NCBI GenBank assembly: GCA_947463775.1
Contig: CANHVD010000001.1
Span: 1-36,859 of the forward strand
Origin: Planctomycetaceae bacterium
GTDB lineage: Bacteria; Planctomycetota; Planctomycetia; Planctomycetales; Planctomycetaceae
Direction of reading: 5' to 3'
Length of the DNA stretch: 36,859 nt
The stretch's first letter is position 1. Each line of letters opens with the position of its first letter. Position numbers and translations under genes: made by a program. The notes under the pieces were generated by a model. It worked only from the letters and a program-made list of their open reading frames with translations. It did no database searches and had not been told where the DNA came from. Positions 9,145-18,482 of this stretch are shown here, in pieces.

Positions 9145-12100
9145 ATGTCTCTCAGCGACCTCGAAGAATCGATTGGTTTTGTGTCGCATCAGTCAAGCCA
9201 TGAGCTTGCTGAATCCCGTCAAAGCATCACGCGTTATATCGTGCTCAAGCTGTTGGCGAATGGTTTGCCGATACCGAACTGCTTTGAGGATCATGATCGC
9301 CTTGGGGCTCCACGTCTGCTAAGTACGTATCATCATCGATTAAAGCGACTGGACTCAATTCACTGTCCTGCAGACGCTCGTATTGAAGCGTTTTTGCGCC
9401 GATACTTTGATCGTGTGAAGGGCTGCAGCGCGATGCGGCTTCCGGATCTGACTGTAATCCTCGATCGCCATAGTATTGCACGCGAACTGTCGTTGCCGCA
9501 CGATGGCGATCAGTACACAAATCGCTACGGGGCCTCATACCGAGTACGGAATGGTGTACTGCACAACCCGGCCAATGATCGTCGTACGACGGTCGGTACA
9601 TTTCATGTCACCGAAGGCGGTTTGCCAATTCCTCGAGACAAGAAGGTTGTCCCAAAGGTAACATTTGCCGCCTTGTTTCGGCACGCGATGAATCCGCCGC
9701 AGGAACTTCTCCAGTTGCCATTCACACATCATGAATCGGAACCCGCCAGTGCATTTGTCTCGCTTCTGATCCGGCCATTGCTTTGTCCAGAGGTGGCGGG
9801 GTTCTGTAAAAGACAGACGATGGAGATCCGGTTCTTTGCTCCCGGTGCACTCGTCAGCAATCTGGACTTTGTTGAATCGATCTTTGGCAATGCCGGGGAT
9901 CCGTTTCTGCCTGTGAATGATGCCGCTTTGGATGTAGATCACTGGAGTGGTCACACTGGTTGCGTGATTCTTGCTCCGCATCTGGTTGATATCACAAAGA
10001 AAGACTGTGGCCTGCCGCATTATGATGATGCCAGCCAACGTCAGCGCGAAGATGGCATGTGCTGGAAATCAGAGGACGAAAAATACAACGATGGTATTCC
10101 GTTTAAGATTACCTGCCGCGATGAAGAAGGCGTGATTGTCACGCTGATTGCGGATAACTACTACGGCTATTGCAAGAAGGAAGTGAAGACACAACTAAGC
10201 TATGCAGCCAATCTGACGGGGCAGGTCGAAGAAGAGCATGCCGGCGGAGCAATGGCGTTTGCGAGCTTCAATCTGGGTGAGGAGTTCGCTGCTGACAGCA
10301 GGAAATACAACAATCGGACATTCGCTGACGTCGTCAGAGACTATGGTTCTGCGATGGATGTGCGGTCAGAAGGTTACGCGATTGATAAACTTCATCCAAC
10401 AGTCATCTACGTGTCCGAGAATGCTAAGTTTACTGTCAGTGATCAGCGCGTTTCGTGGCACTACAACAGCGAACCGCATCACATTCCATTGCGCCCCGGC
10501 TACATCTACATGACGCCATCGGGTTACAAGGTTCGGCTGGAGAAACATCCGGCTGCTCCGTCATGGCGATTGATTGGGACCTTGTTTGAAGGTGCGTTTT
10601 GTCACAAACCCTGCACGGTGAGCGGTGGTGGCAAGAGCGAGATCAGCAAGTCGATTACCGACTATCTGCTGCATGGGCCGATCTTTATCGCGGAGGCCGA
10701 GAAAGACCTGGATATGGTTCAGGAGATCTTTGATCGGGATTACACAGATCGATGGCAGCCGGATGGATCAGTGAAGCCGGATTATGCTCGCGTTGCCAGC
10801 CGCAGGATTCTGGACAAAGGCCGCTCACTGGGAAGCGTGATCAAGTTACTGACGCCATCTCCTGACTATACCGATTCGTATAACGAATGGCTCGAACAGA
10901 TCCCGGATCACATTTATGCGATCGTGTTCATCATTAAGCGAATGCATTCGGGTGATCCTGCTGAGTGGAGAAAACACTTTTCGGTCGATATTGTGAATGG
11001 GCATCCGGGTCATGAACTGAAGTTCGGTGACCGCAAGCTTGTGGGGACCTATCTGCGAGTGGGGTTGCTGGGTGAAAACACCTGGCGAACCTATAAACTG
11101 CGGCAGGACTTTGCACCCGCTCAGAAGGTTCAAACTGAAGACGACATCAGTGCGTCCGTCGTGGTTCCTCGCCGTGTATTGCAGCATCTGGGCAATGTTC
11201 TGACGGAAGAAGTGAGCTACAAGTTTGTGCGAAATTGTGAGTACCGATTGTTTCAGCGCCCTGATGATGCCATTCATCGAGGACTTGATAAGCAAACTGA
11301 GGCTGATCTGGCGCGCTACGATAACTTTATCGTGAACTTTGAACCCCTGGCCCGTCGGCAGGTCAATGAAATCTGTGACCGTCCAGTCGATCTCAGCCAG
11401 TTTACGTTGCCTATGCAGCGGTTGCTGCATGAGATGCAGGAAGCAGACGACAGCTTTGTTGTGTGTTCAAACACCCCTCGACTTGTGAATGGCGTTCCCA
11501 GCAAGAATCCTCGGTATCTGCAGCCACGTCCTGACTTAATTGATCCGGTGAATCGGTATGTGGGAGAGATGGGAATTCGTTTGTCGCGCGCAGTTCCATT
11601 GGACAAGCCGGTGCACTCGCCTGTTCAGGCCGTGCTCATCGGACGTCGAAATAACCCGCCGGAATTCGCTCGCGGTATTCGATCTCTGGCGGTCTACAAT
11701 CCGATTCATTACCAGGAGTTGCCAGAACTTTTCATGGACTTTATCAGTGCCTTATCCGGAAAGAGTCCATCGACAACCGGTGCCGGCAGTGAAGGCGCAA
11801 TGACCAAAGGGCCGTTCAATTGTCTGCGGCCAATTACCGATCTCAACAATGCTCTGGTCAGCTATCTGCTAACCGGGTTGGCTGGTTTTTCTACTCCGGC
11901 TGGTCACATCGGGAGCGCAGTTCGCGTGGATCATGACGTGAGCTTGTTGATTCCGGAGATCTGGTGTCGCCTGAGCCCTCAGGAGCGAGATCCGAAGTTT
12001 CTGATTTCTGAACAACTGCTGGAGAAGCTGGAAGACTTTACCTTTGAAGGCAAGTTGATACCGGCGAGTCGACTTGGGTGGAGGATCACGTCCCGGTTTA

Positions 12101-12615
12101 TTCGACGATTTGCGGGACGCGTGTTCGACAATCCAAATAAAGTATTTGACGCAGCAATCCTGAAGCCTGAGTCTCAGGACGAAGCCGCATTCGCAGATGG
12201 AATCTTGTTTATTGCAGAAGCTCAGGAACGCATTGCCAGAACGTACTTTGAAGACGGCTCCGTGGATCTCGCCTGCCCGCCACTGAAGGCACTGCTGCAC
12301 ATCATGGTGAACGGGACTTTTGAAGGGCGAACGATCAGTGATCCTGAGATTCGCAGCATGTTTACGCTGGAAGCAATGCTCGCTTCCGAATGGTATGCAG
12401 ATCGACTCCGTCGCCGCCAGCAGCGCGAGCAGGAATTGTGGCAGCGTCATGTTCAGGCACTGGAAACATTCCAGAACAGCAACGAGTATGCAGAAGAGAA
12501 AATCTCAATGAACATCAACGACCGACTGGAGTCGGCTCGACTGCAACTTACCAAAGTTCTTGCTCCGGAATACCTCACGGAACTACAGGGGACTCTTGGA
12601 GCCGATGCATTATAG
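9145..12615 (+). CDS. 1156-aa cytosolic enzyme-like protein, tentatively a PPi-type phosphoenolpyruvate carboxykinase-like protein
   Basis: The ORF is uninterrupted for 3.47 kb, and ATG 9145 has AGGGG 9 nt upstream. It has no signal peptide or TM segment, and its composition is globular and rich in W/Y/H/C. The size class matches the ~130-kDa PPi-PEPCK family. The functional call rests on size and architecture only. The CDS call itself is strong. Confidence 0.88.
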   Translation: MSLSDLEESIGFVSHQSSHELAESRQSITRYIVLKLLANGLPIPNCFEDHDRLGAPRLLSTYHHRLKRLDSIHCPADARIEAFLRRYFDRVKGCSAMRLPDLTVILDRHSIARELSLPHDGDQYTNRYGASYRVRNGVLHNPANDRRTTVGTFHVTEGGLPIPRDKKVVPKVTFAALFRHAMNPPQELLQLPFTHHESEPASAFVSLLIRPLLCPEVAGFCKRQTMEIRFFAPGALVSNLDFVESIFGNAGDPFLPVNDAALDVDHWSGHTGCVILAPHLVDITKKDCGLPHYDDASQRQREDGMCWKSEDEKYNDGIPFKITCRDEEGVIVTLIADNYYGYCKKEVKTQLSYAANLTGQVEEEHAGGAMAFASFNLGEEFAADSRKYNNRTFADVVRDYGSAMDVRSEGYAIDKLHPTVIYVSENAKFTVSDQRVSWHYNSEPHHIPLRPGYIYMTPSGYKVRLEKHPAAPSWRLIGTLFEGAFCHKPCTVSGGGKSEISKSITDYLLHGPIFIAEAEKDLDMVQEIFDRDYTDRWQPDGSVKPDYARVASRRILDKGRSLGSVIKLLTPSPDYTDSYNEWLEQIPDHIYAIVFIIKRMHSGDPAEWRKHFSVDIVNGHPGHELKFGDRKLVGTYLRVGLLGENTWRTYKLRQDFAPAQKVQTEDDISASVVVPRRVLQHLGNVLTEEVSYKFVRNCEYRLFQRPDDAIHRGLDKQTEADLARYDNFIVNFEPLARRQVNEICDRPVDLSQFTLPMQRLLHEMQEADDSFVVCSNTPRLVNGVPSKNPRYLQPRPDLIDPVNRYVGEMGIRLSRAVPLDKPVHSPVQAVLIGRRNNPPEFARGIRSLAVYNPIHYQELPELFMDFISALSGKSPSTTGAGSEGAMTKGPFNCLRPITDLNNALVSYLLTGLAGFSTPAGHIGSAVRVDHDVSLLIPEIWCRLSPQERDPKFLISEQLLEKLEDFTFEGKLIPASRLGWRITSRFIRRFAGRVFDNPNKVFDAAILKPESQDEAAFADGILFIAEAQERIARTYFEDGSVDLACPPLKALLHIMVNGTFEGRTISDPEIRSMFTLEAMLASEWYADRLRRRQQREQELWQRHVQALETFQNSNEYAEEKISMNINDRLESARLQLTKVLAPEYLTELQGTLGADAL

Positions 12616-12707
12616 AATCTTCGGGACATCCGTTTTTCGTGGCTTCGTTCAGGAAATGATTACTGGGATATCCTCCGGGACGGAGCCCGATCTGGAGCCA
12701 TCCGTGT

Positions 12708-12763
12708 AAAAAAAAGACATCAGAGACGACCAACGCGGTCTGCCCTCTGATGTCTTTTTTAAA
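12708..12763. terminator. bidirectional intrinsic terminator between convergent genes
   Basis: An 11-bp perfect stem AGACATCAGAG (12715-12725) / CTCTGATGTCT (12745-12755) is flanked by an A8 run upstream and T5-6 downstream, so a U-tract follows the hairpin on both strands. It sits between the stop of the 9145..12615 (+) gene and the stop of the 12813..13172 (-) gene. Confidence 0.75.
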
Positions 12764-12812
12764 TAGCCACGGTCTTCAAACATTTGCCCCGCGCGAGAGA
12801 TTCTGGCTTGCC

Positions 12813-13172
12813 CTAGTAGTAGAGCCCGCCAAACATTCGAACGCCCGCATAGTAACGAAATGCCCGGACTCGACAGAGAAATGGATGCCGGGAACTTTCG
12901 CAGGCACAGTTCATGCTGTTGTAGAATTCACGGTCACATTCGCGGCGTGATCGACCAGAAGCCAGGCACGCGTCGTGAGTCGCGCAAGAAGGACGAAAGT
13001 CAGCACCGAAACCGCCCTGCGGTAAGAATCGATTTCCACCAAATGAATTTCCCGGACCGCACGGCCGCCATGGAGGACAACCGCCTGGACCAGCAGCCTG
13101 TAAATCTGACATGCACGTAACAAATGCCACTACAGACAGTAGCACAATTCGCACGATTGTTTTCATAGACAT
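12813..13172 (-). CDS. small secreted cysteine-rich protein with phospholipase A2-like (group III-like) motifs
   Basis: Candidate starts are ATG 13172 or 13166 (MSMKTIVRIVLLSVVAFVTCMSDLQA/AG, a signal peptide). The mature region is about 92 aa with 8 Cys. It carries CGPGN (Ca-loop-like), CATHDAC (His-Asp at 12972..12977) and CDREFY. Bee-venom PLA2 has WCGHGN, CCRTHDMC and CDCDDKFY in the same order. Confidence 0.7.
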   Translation of the reverse strand: MSMKTIVRIVLLSVVAFVTCMSDLQAAGPGGCPPWRPCGPGNSFGGNRFLPQGGFGADFRPSCATHDACLASGRSRRECDREFYNSMNCACESSRHPFLCRVRAFRYYAGVRMFGGLYY

Positions 13173-13485
13173 CAATCCCCGGTAAGTCGAATGGCATCTT
13201 GCCGTGAAGAAACGTTGCTGTCCGTATGACGCACAAGGTATCAAATGTGGGATGGGAGGTCTAACTGGTTTGCGGTGATTGCGTTGTTTAGGGATTTGTT
13301 GGGGTTCTGAGTGAATTTGTGCCGTGTTGCGCAAGCTTTTGCGGCGTAGCGTGAGGCTCTTTAACTCCTGATTGAGTCAGGACTTTTCGGATCAGGGCCA
13401 ATGTTCGCGGTATGTAAGGGGAGGGCGAACGCCTGAATCGAAATTGATCGCAGCAGAACTTTGCGACCTTATCGCTGAACTGTGA

Positions 13486-14934
13486 CTATTCTACTTTGGC
13501 AACAGTCCCTGCTTTTCTCACGCCGGAGCCACGCTGTTTACCATCTCCAAGCTCGGTTCGGGCCTGGTTCGCCAGGGTAATCAACTGCTTCACGACTTCT
13601 GAGTGTTGGTCTGCAACGTTCTGCGTTTCCCCCGGATCATCCTCGAGATTGAACAGCGACTGTTCAATCGTCAGATTTTCGTACTTTGCAGGAACTCCTT
13701 CTTTGCCGCCGGGTTCTCCATTCAGACTTCTGTAAGTATGAGCGAAGTGAAGTTTCCATGGCCCACGGCGGACAGCGTGAAGTTCATTTCCCCAGTAAAA
13801 ATAGTACGCTTCCTGAGGTGATTTCGCGTCCACTTCATCTGCCATCAATGGCCAGATATCTCGTCCATCAATTGGATGCTGGGGCAGACAGGCCTTGATG
13901 AGCTTTGCAATTGTTGGAACTACATCAATCGTCATCGCTGGAATATCACAGACTGTATTTGATGGAATTTTGCCGGGCCATCGCATTAGACACGGAACGC
14001 GACATCCGCCGTCGAACATCGTGCCTTTGCCTTCGCGCAGGTCGCCAGCTGAGCCTGCGTGATCGCCGTAACTAAGCCATGGACCATTATCAGAAGTGAA
14101 GATGACGAGGGTATTCTCATCAAGACTGTTCCGCTTCAAGGCCTGCAGGATCTGGCCAACAGACCAATCAACTTCCATAACGACATCGCCAAACAGCCCT
14201 GCTCCGCTCTTTCCTTTGAAACGTTCGGAAACATACAGCGGGACGTGGACCATAGAATGCGGCACGTAGAGGAAGAACGGCTTTTGGGCGTTTCTATCAA
14301 TAAACGAAACGGCTCGCTCTGTGTACCACGTTGTGAGCTGTGTCTGCTCGGTCTCAGTGACTTCGCTCGTGACAACATCATTGCCATCAATTAATGGCAG
14401 GTGCGGCCAATGCTTGAGACGCTGTTCCATTGGCAAGTGGCGAACTTCAGGATGAAATGGCCACATGTCATTGCTGTAAGGCAGGCCGAAGTATTCGTCA
14501 AAGCCATTCTGCTGCGGGAGAAACTGGTGATGATGTCCCAGATGCCACTTACCAAAACAGGCGGTGGCGTATCCTTTCTGTTGACAAAGTTCTCCCAGAG
14601 TCATCTCGTCCGGATGAATGCCCTGATTGGAATTTGGCCCCAGCGCGCCCAGAATTCCGAGTCGCACGTTGTAGCAACCTGTCAACAAACTGGCACGAGA
14701 TGCAGAGCAAACGGCCTGCGAAACGTAGAAGTTCGTAAACTTCCGGCCCTCTGCAGCCATTTGATTCAGGTGCGGAGTTAAAGCCGGGTTTCCTCCAAAT
14801 GGACCAATGTCTGCGTACCCCATATCGTCGATGTAGATCACCACAATGTTGGGTGGCTTCGGCTCTGCATTAACCTTCGGCTGACACGAAATCAGCAGTG
14901 CGAACAGCACGGCATGAATCGCTAATGACCTCAT
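13486..14934 (-). CDS. arylsulfatase (Cys-type sulfatase family), exported
   Basis: The signal peptide is MRSLAIHAVLFALLISCQPKVNA. The N-terminal metal site is PNIVVIYIDDMGYADIG, the formylglycine motif is CSASRASLLTG, and GKWHLGH is also present. Confidence 0.93.
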   Translation of the reverse strand: MRSLAIHAVLFALLISCQPKVNAEPKPPNIVVIYIDDMGYADIGPFGGNPALTPHLNQMAAEGRKFTNFYVSQAVCSASRASLLTGCYNVRLGILGALGPNSNQGIHPDEMTLGELCQQKGYATACFGKWHLGHHHQFLPQQNGFDEYFGLPYSNDMWPFHPEVRHLPMEQRLKHWPHLPLIDGNDVVTSEVTETEQTQLTTWYTERAVSFIDRNAQKPFFLYVPHSMVHVPLYVSERFKGKSGAGLFGDVVMEVDWSVGQILQALKRNSLDENTLVIFTSDNGPWLSYGDHAGSAGDLREGKGTMFDGGCRVPCLMRWPGKIPSNTVCDIPAMTIDVVPTIAKLIKACLPQHPIDGRDIWPLMADEVDAKSPQEAYYFYWGNELHAVRRGPWKLHFAHTYRSLNGEPGGKEGVPAKYENLTIEQSLFNLEDDPGETQNVADQHSEVVKQLITLANQARTELGDGKQRGSGVRKAGTVAKVE

Positions 14935-15033
14935 TGCGAAGAACTCCGAAAACTCAGGGTGGACCGATGTTTTGCGGGCGTTGTTCTAATCGCGTGTCGA
15001 GCCAGAAGCAATTGGGGCGGAGTCTCAACGGCA

Positions 15034-16182
15034 CTATTCGTTCGTAAGATGCGATGGCTTCCAGCCACTGTCCATCTGGAATGAGGAGTCCAGTGACTTC
15101 GAAGATTCTTTGCCAGACCTTGAAGACTGCGTTGTCGTACGTTTCGTGGGTGGAGTTGCTTTAACTTCCTCATCGTCGAAGGGATTCGCGAACGGGTTTG
15201 ATGCTCCGCTGCTTCGCTTGGAAGGAGCTTGCTCAAACTCGAACTCCGGTTCTTCTACTTCTTCTTCCGAAGTTGTCGGAGCTGGAGAGTGTCGCTTGAG
15301 AAGTGGTCGGGCCGTAGCTGCTTCGTCGAATTCAGGCGTTTCGAATTCCGTCACGACGTCATCTGCCGCCTTGCGAATTTGCCCTGCCGCTGATTTTACC
15401 TGTTTTTTTGCCGCTGCTGGTGCCGTTGAAACCGCTGCTGCGGCATTGCTGCCTTCCTGGGTCCACTTCTGTTTTTCCTGAGAAGCCCATGAGTTGAAAT
15501 CTTCGGCTGATTGTTCTGTCTCCTGAACCTTGCTCGCAGCCTGCTTGGCCTTTGCGTTGACAGTGTCAGTACCCTTCTGAAGAAAGTTATCGAACCCTGC
15601 TGCCTCTTCACTCAGGTCTGGAATCGCAGCGGCTCTGGCGGCCGGAGAAATAGCACTTGCCGGATTCCTGACAACTTCTGTCGCTGTTCGAGTTGCCGCA
15701 TTGGCTTTGTCGGCCGCAGCAGTCACCGACTCTGTTTGTTTGCGGCTGAGGAAATCAGACAACGCCGGTCCCTGGTAGGAACGTACAGCGGGATTTGTTG
15801 TGGTCCCACCTGCGTGTGTGGGTGATCCGGCTGCTGCAGTTTTCTCCGGATAGGAAGCGTTGGCAACACGGCCAACTCTGGCAACCCCGTCTTCGGAAGC
15901 TCCGGTTTGAAGAACCGACTTTGGTGGTGAGCCTGGTGACGACTCAGATTTGGCGACAGAGCCAGTGGAACTTGCCGCTCCGCCCAGCTTGGCGCGTCCC
16001 GCGCTGTCCCGGGATCCTTCTGACGCTGGCGATTCATCTTTTGACGCAACCGCTTCAGTTTCCATGAACGGATCCTGAATTTCCGAATAGTCTTTTCGCG
16101 AGAACCAGCGATTCTTTGCGGCGCAACCCGTTGAAAACAACAGGCCACAGGCCAAAGTCAGCAGGATTGGTTTCTTGATCAT
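15034..16182 (-). CDS. low-complexity Ala/Ser/Thr/Glu-rich lipoprotein
   Basis: ATG 16182 has GGAGGA about 7 nt upstream. The lipobox is MIKKPILLTLACGLLFSTG/C. The remainder is compositionally biased and probably disordered, with amphipathic A/K/Q/E stretches. Confidence 0.7.
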   Translation of the reverse strand: MIKKPILLTLACGLLFSTGCAAKNRWFSRKDYSEIQDPFMETEAVASKDESPASEGSRDSAGRAKLGGAASSTGSVAKSESSPGSPPKSVLQTGASEDGVARVGRVANASYPEKTAAAGSPTHAGGTTTNPAVRSYQGPALSDFLSRKQTESVTAAADKANAATRTATEVVRNPASAISPAARAAAIPDLSEEAAGFDNFLQKGTDTVNAKAKQAASKVQETEQSAEDFNSWASQEKQKWTQEGSNAAAAVSTAPAAAKKQVKSAAGQIRKAADDVVTEFETPEFDEAATARPLLKRHSPAPTTSEEEVEEPEFEFEQAPSKRSSGASNPFANPFDDEEVKATPPTKRTTTQSSRSGKESSKSLDSSFQMDSGWKPSHLTNE

Positions 16183-16345
16183 CGCATGATCCTCCGCCAA
16201 TGACTCTCTGGGGAAACTGAGGGTCTGGTGGTGTCGCAGAATTTGAAATTGAATTGCAAGGTTTTCGAATTACCGATTAATCACGGACATGACCTGTGGG
16301 ACTCAGCACTGGCTCCACAAATCGGGGCTGTACCCCTGAAAGTTC

Positions 16346-17605
16346 TCAATCCAGGCTTAAACCGTCATTGGTTTCGCTTGGCGTCGTTTGTGTGTCTTTC
16401 AGTGTTTGGTCAGAGTTTTCAGTTCTTTTGGACTTCTGAAACTGTTGATTGAATTTTGAAGGGTCGAAAGCATCACGAGCATTCGCGCGGGAGGCTTTCT
16501 GAAGAAATCGAACATCCGTTTCAGTCGTGGTCAGCACTCGCCCGTGAGGTGCCATCGTGCTCTCATCAGTTGCAGAGTCGGATTCAGGTTCCACTGTCCT
16601 TGACATTGAGGCAAGCTGGATTTGCTCCTGTCGCTCACGTACCTCTTCGTTTAACTCGGGAGCGATGTCATTGGAGACCGCTCCGACCCAATCTCGAAGA
16701 GTCTTCATCTGGACTGCACCACTGCGACCACGAAAAATTGGCGTCGTCGAATCTGCATGATTGCCCTCCAGTGTCGTCAACAGCGGGCTGGATGATGGCC
16801 GAGTCAGATCAATTTGTTTCATGACGGATGCGAGGTTTCTCTCGGCGATCGAAACACTCGTTCCGCGATGAGATGGTGTCAGTTGAAACGACGAAATGGA
16901 GCGGACTCCATGGCAACCTGCGTTGGCGCACTTGTTCATTAGGATTGGCTGAACGTGACGAGTGAAATCCTGTGCGACGGAACGAGACAATCCCGCCAGA
17001 GAACGTGCTTCCGGGACCGGCCCAGATGGTCTTGTCAGCGAAGGGAACTCAGTGAGACCACTTCCGCCGGGAGCTTTCGATGCCCCTTCGTTCTGCTGTA
17101 CCAGACTTTGGAGAAGACGTTGCGCATCAACTCGATTCGGATCTTTGTGGAGAGCGTCGAGCACTTCTCGGCGAGCCAAATCCGTGCGTTTGTTGGTCAG
17201 GCACCAGCGTGCCAGCTCCATATGACTTTGTGGTGTTAGTTCGGAGAACGAGGATCGCATTCTTTGATGAGCGTCATCAAGATCCTTAGCGATGAATCGC
17301 ACTCGTTCCGATTCTATAAACATGCGTCCGCCCTGCACTTCGACCTCATATCCGTCGGGTCTCGGGAGGAACCGTCCATTCATGACTGTGCCATCGGCCA
17401 GAACCAATATGCCGGGGGAATTATCATTCGGCGTCGCGCGCAGTTCCGTGCCGCCATCCTGAGCCATACAGAGTCCCTGCATCAGCCCGGAGAGAAACAT
17501 CGAAAGAAATATGCAGCGCCCATCCATGAGCAATTTGTTTCCAAGGCAAACCAATTGGGCTCTTGAGCAGACTCTGCGCAGGAGTGCACCCATTGAAAAT
17601 GCCAT
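16346..17605 (-). CDS. exported protein with a TPR-like segment and a planctomycete cytochrome-c-like (PSCyt-type) motif
   Basis: The hydrophobic N-terminus suggests an alternative start at ATG 17527 (MDGRCIFLSMFLSGLMQGLCMA). The segment FTRHVQPILMNKCANAGCHG resembles the PSCyt consensus (V.PIL...C..CHG) but has C-x4-CH spacing. Confidence 0.72.
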   Translation of the reverse strand: MAFSMGALLRRVCSRAQLVCLGNKLLMDGRCIFLSMFLSGLMQGLCMAQDGGTELRATPNDNSPGILVLADGTVMNGRFLPRPDGYEVEVQGGRMFIESERVRFIAKDLDDAHQRMRSSFSELTPQSHMELARWCLTNKRTDLARREVLDALHKDPNRVDAQRLLQSLVQQNEGASKAPGGSGLTEFPSLTRPSGPVPEARSLAGLSRSVAQDFTRHVQPILMNKCANAGCHGVRSISSFQLTPSHRGTSVSIAERNLASVMKQIDLTRPSSSPLLTTLEGNHADSTTPIFRGRSGAVQMKTLRDWVGAVSNDIAPELNEEVRERQEQIQLASMSRTVEPESDSATDESTMAPHGRVLTTTETDVRFLQKASRANARDAFDPSKFNQQFQKSKRTENSDQTLKDTQTTPSETNDGLSLD

Positions 17606-17814
17606 CGGGCAGTATCCGACGGGTGGTTTTTGGGGTCAATACGAGGTCTCAGTCAGAATGCCACATATGGCGAGTCAAACGCCGAAATAGCGTGAATCTC
17701 CGCACCTTTTCGACCGTCAGAGCCTCGCATCGGCGAAATCTGCCGATGTTTGAGTAGAGGAAACGGGAGGGGTAAGGATGTTGGATTCGGGGCGATTGGT
17801 AGTCTGGTCAATTG

Positions 17815-18453
17815 TTACCCTTTGCCCGGATCTCTCTCCAGCAAATAAAACGCACTGTCAGCTCGCAGATTGGAACCCCAAAGCTGATCAACAGAGCGCC
17901 CCTTGATGATCGGGCTTTCCTTAACAATGCGAAGTCCAATGCCGTCCATCAGATCGCGAAAATCACGCATCGACATAAAGTGGACGTTTGGCGTCTCATA
18001 CCATTCGTAGGGCAGCGCCTGAGTGATGGGCGTTCTGCCGCGTCGCAGGACTTCCATACGAACACGCCAGTGCCCGAAGTTCGGCACGACCACAAGAGCT
18101 CTGCGAGCAACACGCAGCATCTCCAGCAGCAGACGTTTAGGGTTTCGTACCTGCTGCAACGTTTGACTGAGAACTGCAAAGTCAAAACTATCGTTCGGTA
18201 TGTCGACCAGACCTTCGTTGAGGTCAGCCGCAATCGCCGGAAGTCCGCGCTGAATAATGGCGACGATGTTGGACTGTTCCACTTCGACCCCCATCACCTC
18301 GCAGCCCATTTCATCGTGAAGTCGCTGCATTAGACGACCATCACCGCATCCGAGGTCGATGACTCGGCTATTGCGATCAATATGGTGCATGATCAGCTCA
18401 TCGGTGAGCTGAATCGACGGGTCCGGCATCTGATAGCGATTGGAGTTTGGCAT
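17815..18453 (-). CDS. metW: methionine biosynthesis protein MetW (SAM-methyltransferase-fold partner of MetX)
   Basis: The methyltransferase-fold motif VIDLGCGDGRLMQRL is present. The length and sequence are MetW-like. The gene lies 29 nt downstream of metX on the same strand. Confidence 0.9.
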   Translation of the reverse strand: MPNSNRYQMPDPSIQLTDELIMHHIDRNSRVIDLGCGDGRLMQRLHDEMGCEVMGVEVEQSNIVAIIQRGLPAIAADLNEGLVDIPNDSFDFAVLSQTLQQVRNPKRLLLEMLRVARRALVVVPNFGHWRVRMEVLRRGRTPITQALPYEWYETPNVHFMSMRDFRDLMDGIGLRIVKESPIIKGRSVDQLWGSNLRADSAFYLLERDPGKG

Positions 18454-18482
18454 TGCGACGAAGTCACGATCCGAAAGATCTG

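Noticed and set aside
10846-12450. Minus-strand ORFs of 194 aa (10846..11430) and 193 aa (11869..12450).
   Set aside because: Both lie entirely antisense within the 3.47-kb ORF. Their compositions are Arg/Ser/Leu-rich and shadow-like.
15723-16148. A 141-aa ORF in an alternative minus-strand frame.
   Set aside because: It overlaps the lipoprotein gene on the same strand. The lipoprotein frame has the SD-ATG-lipobox start, and this frame has none.
17812-18333. A 173-aa plus-strand ORF.
   Set aside because: It is antisense to metW, which has a clear methyltransferase motif and operon context with metX.
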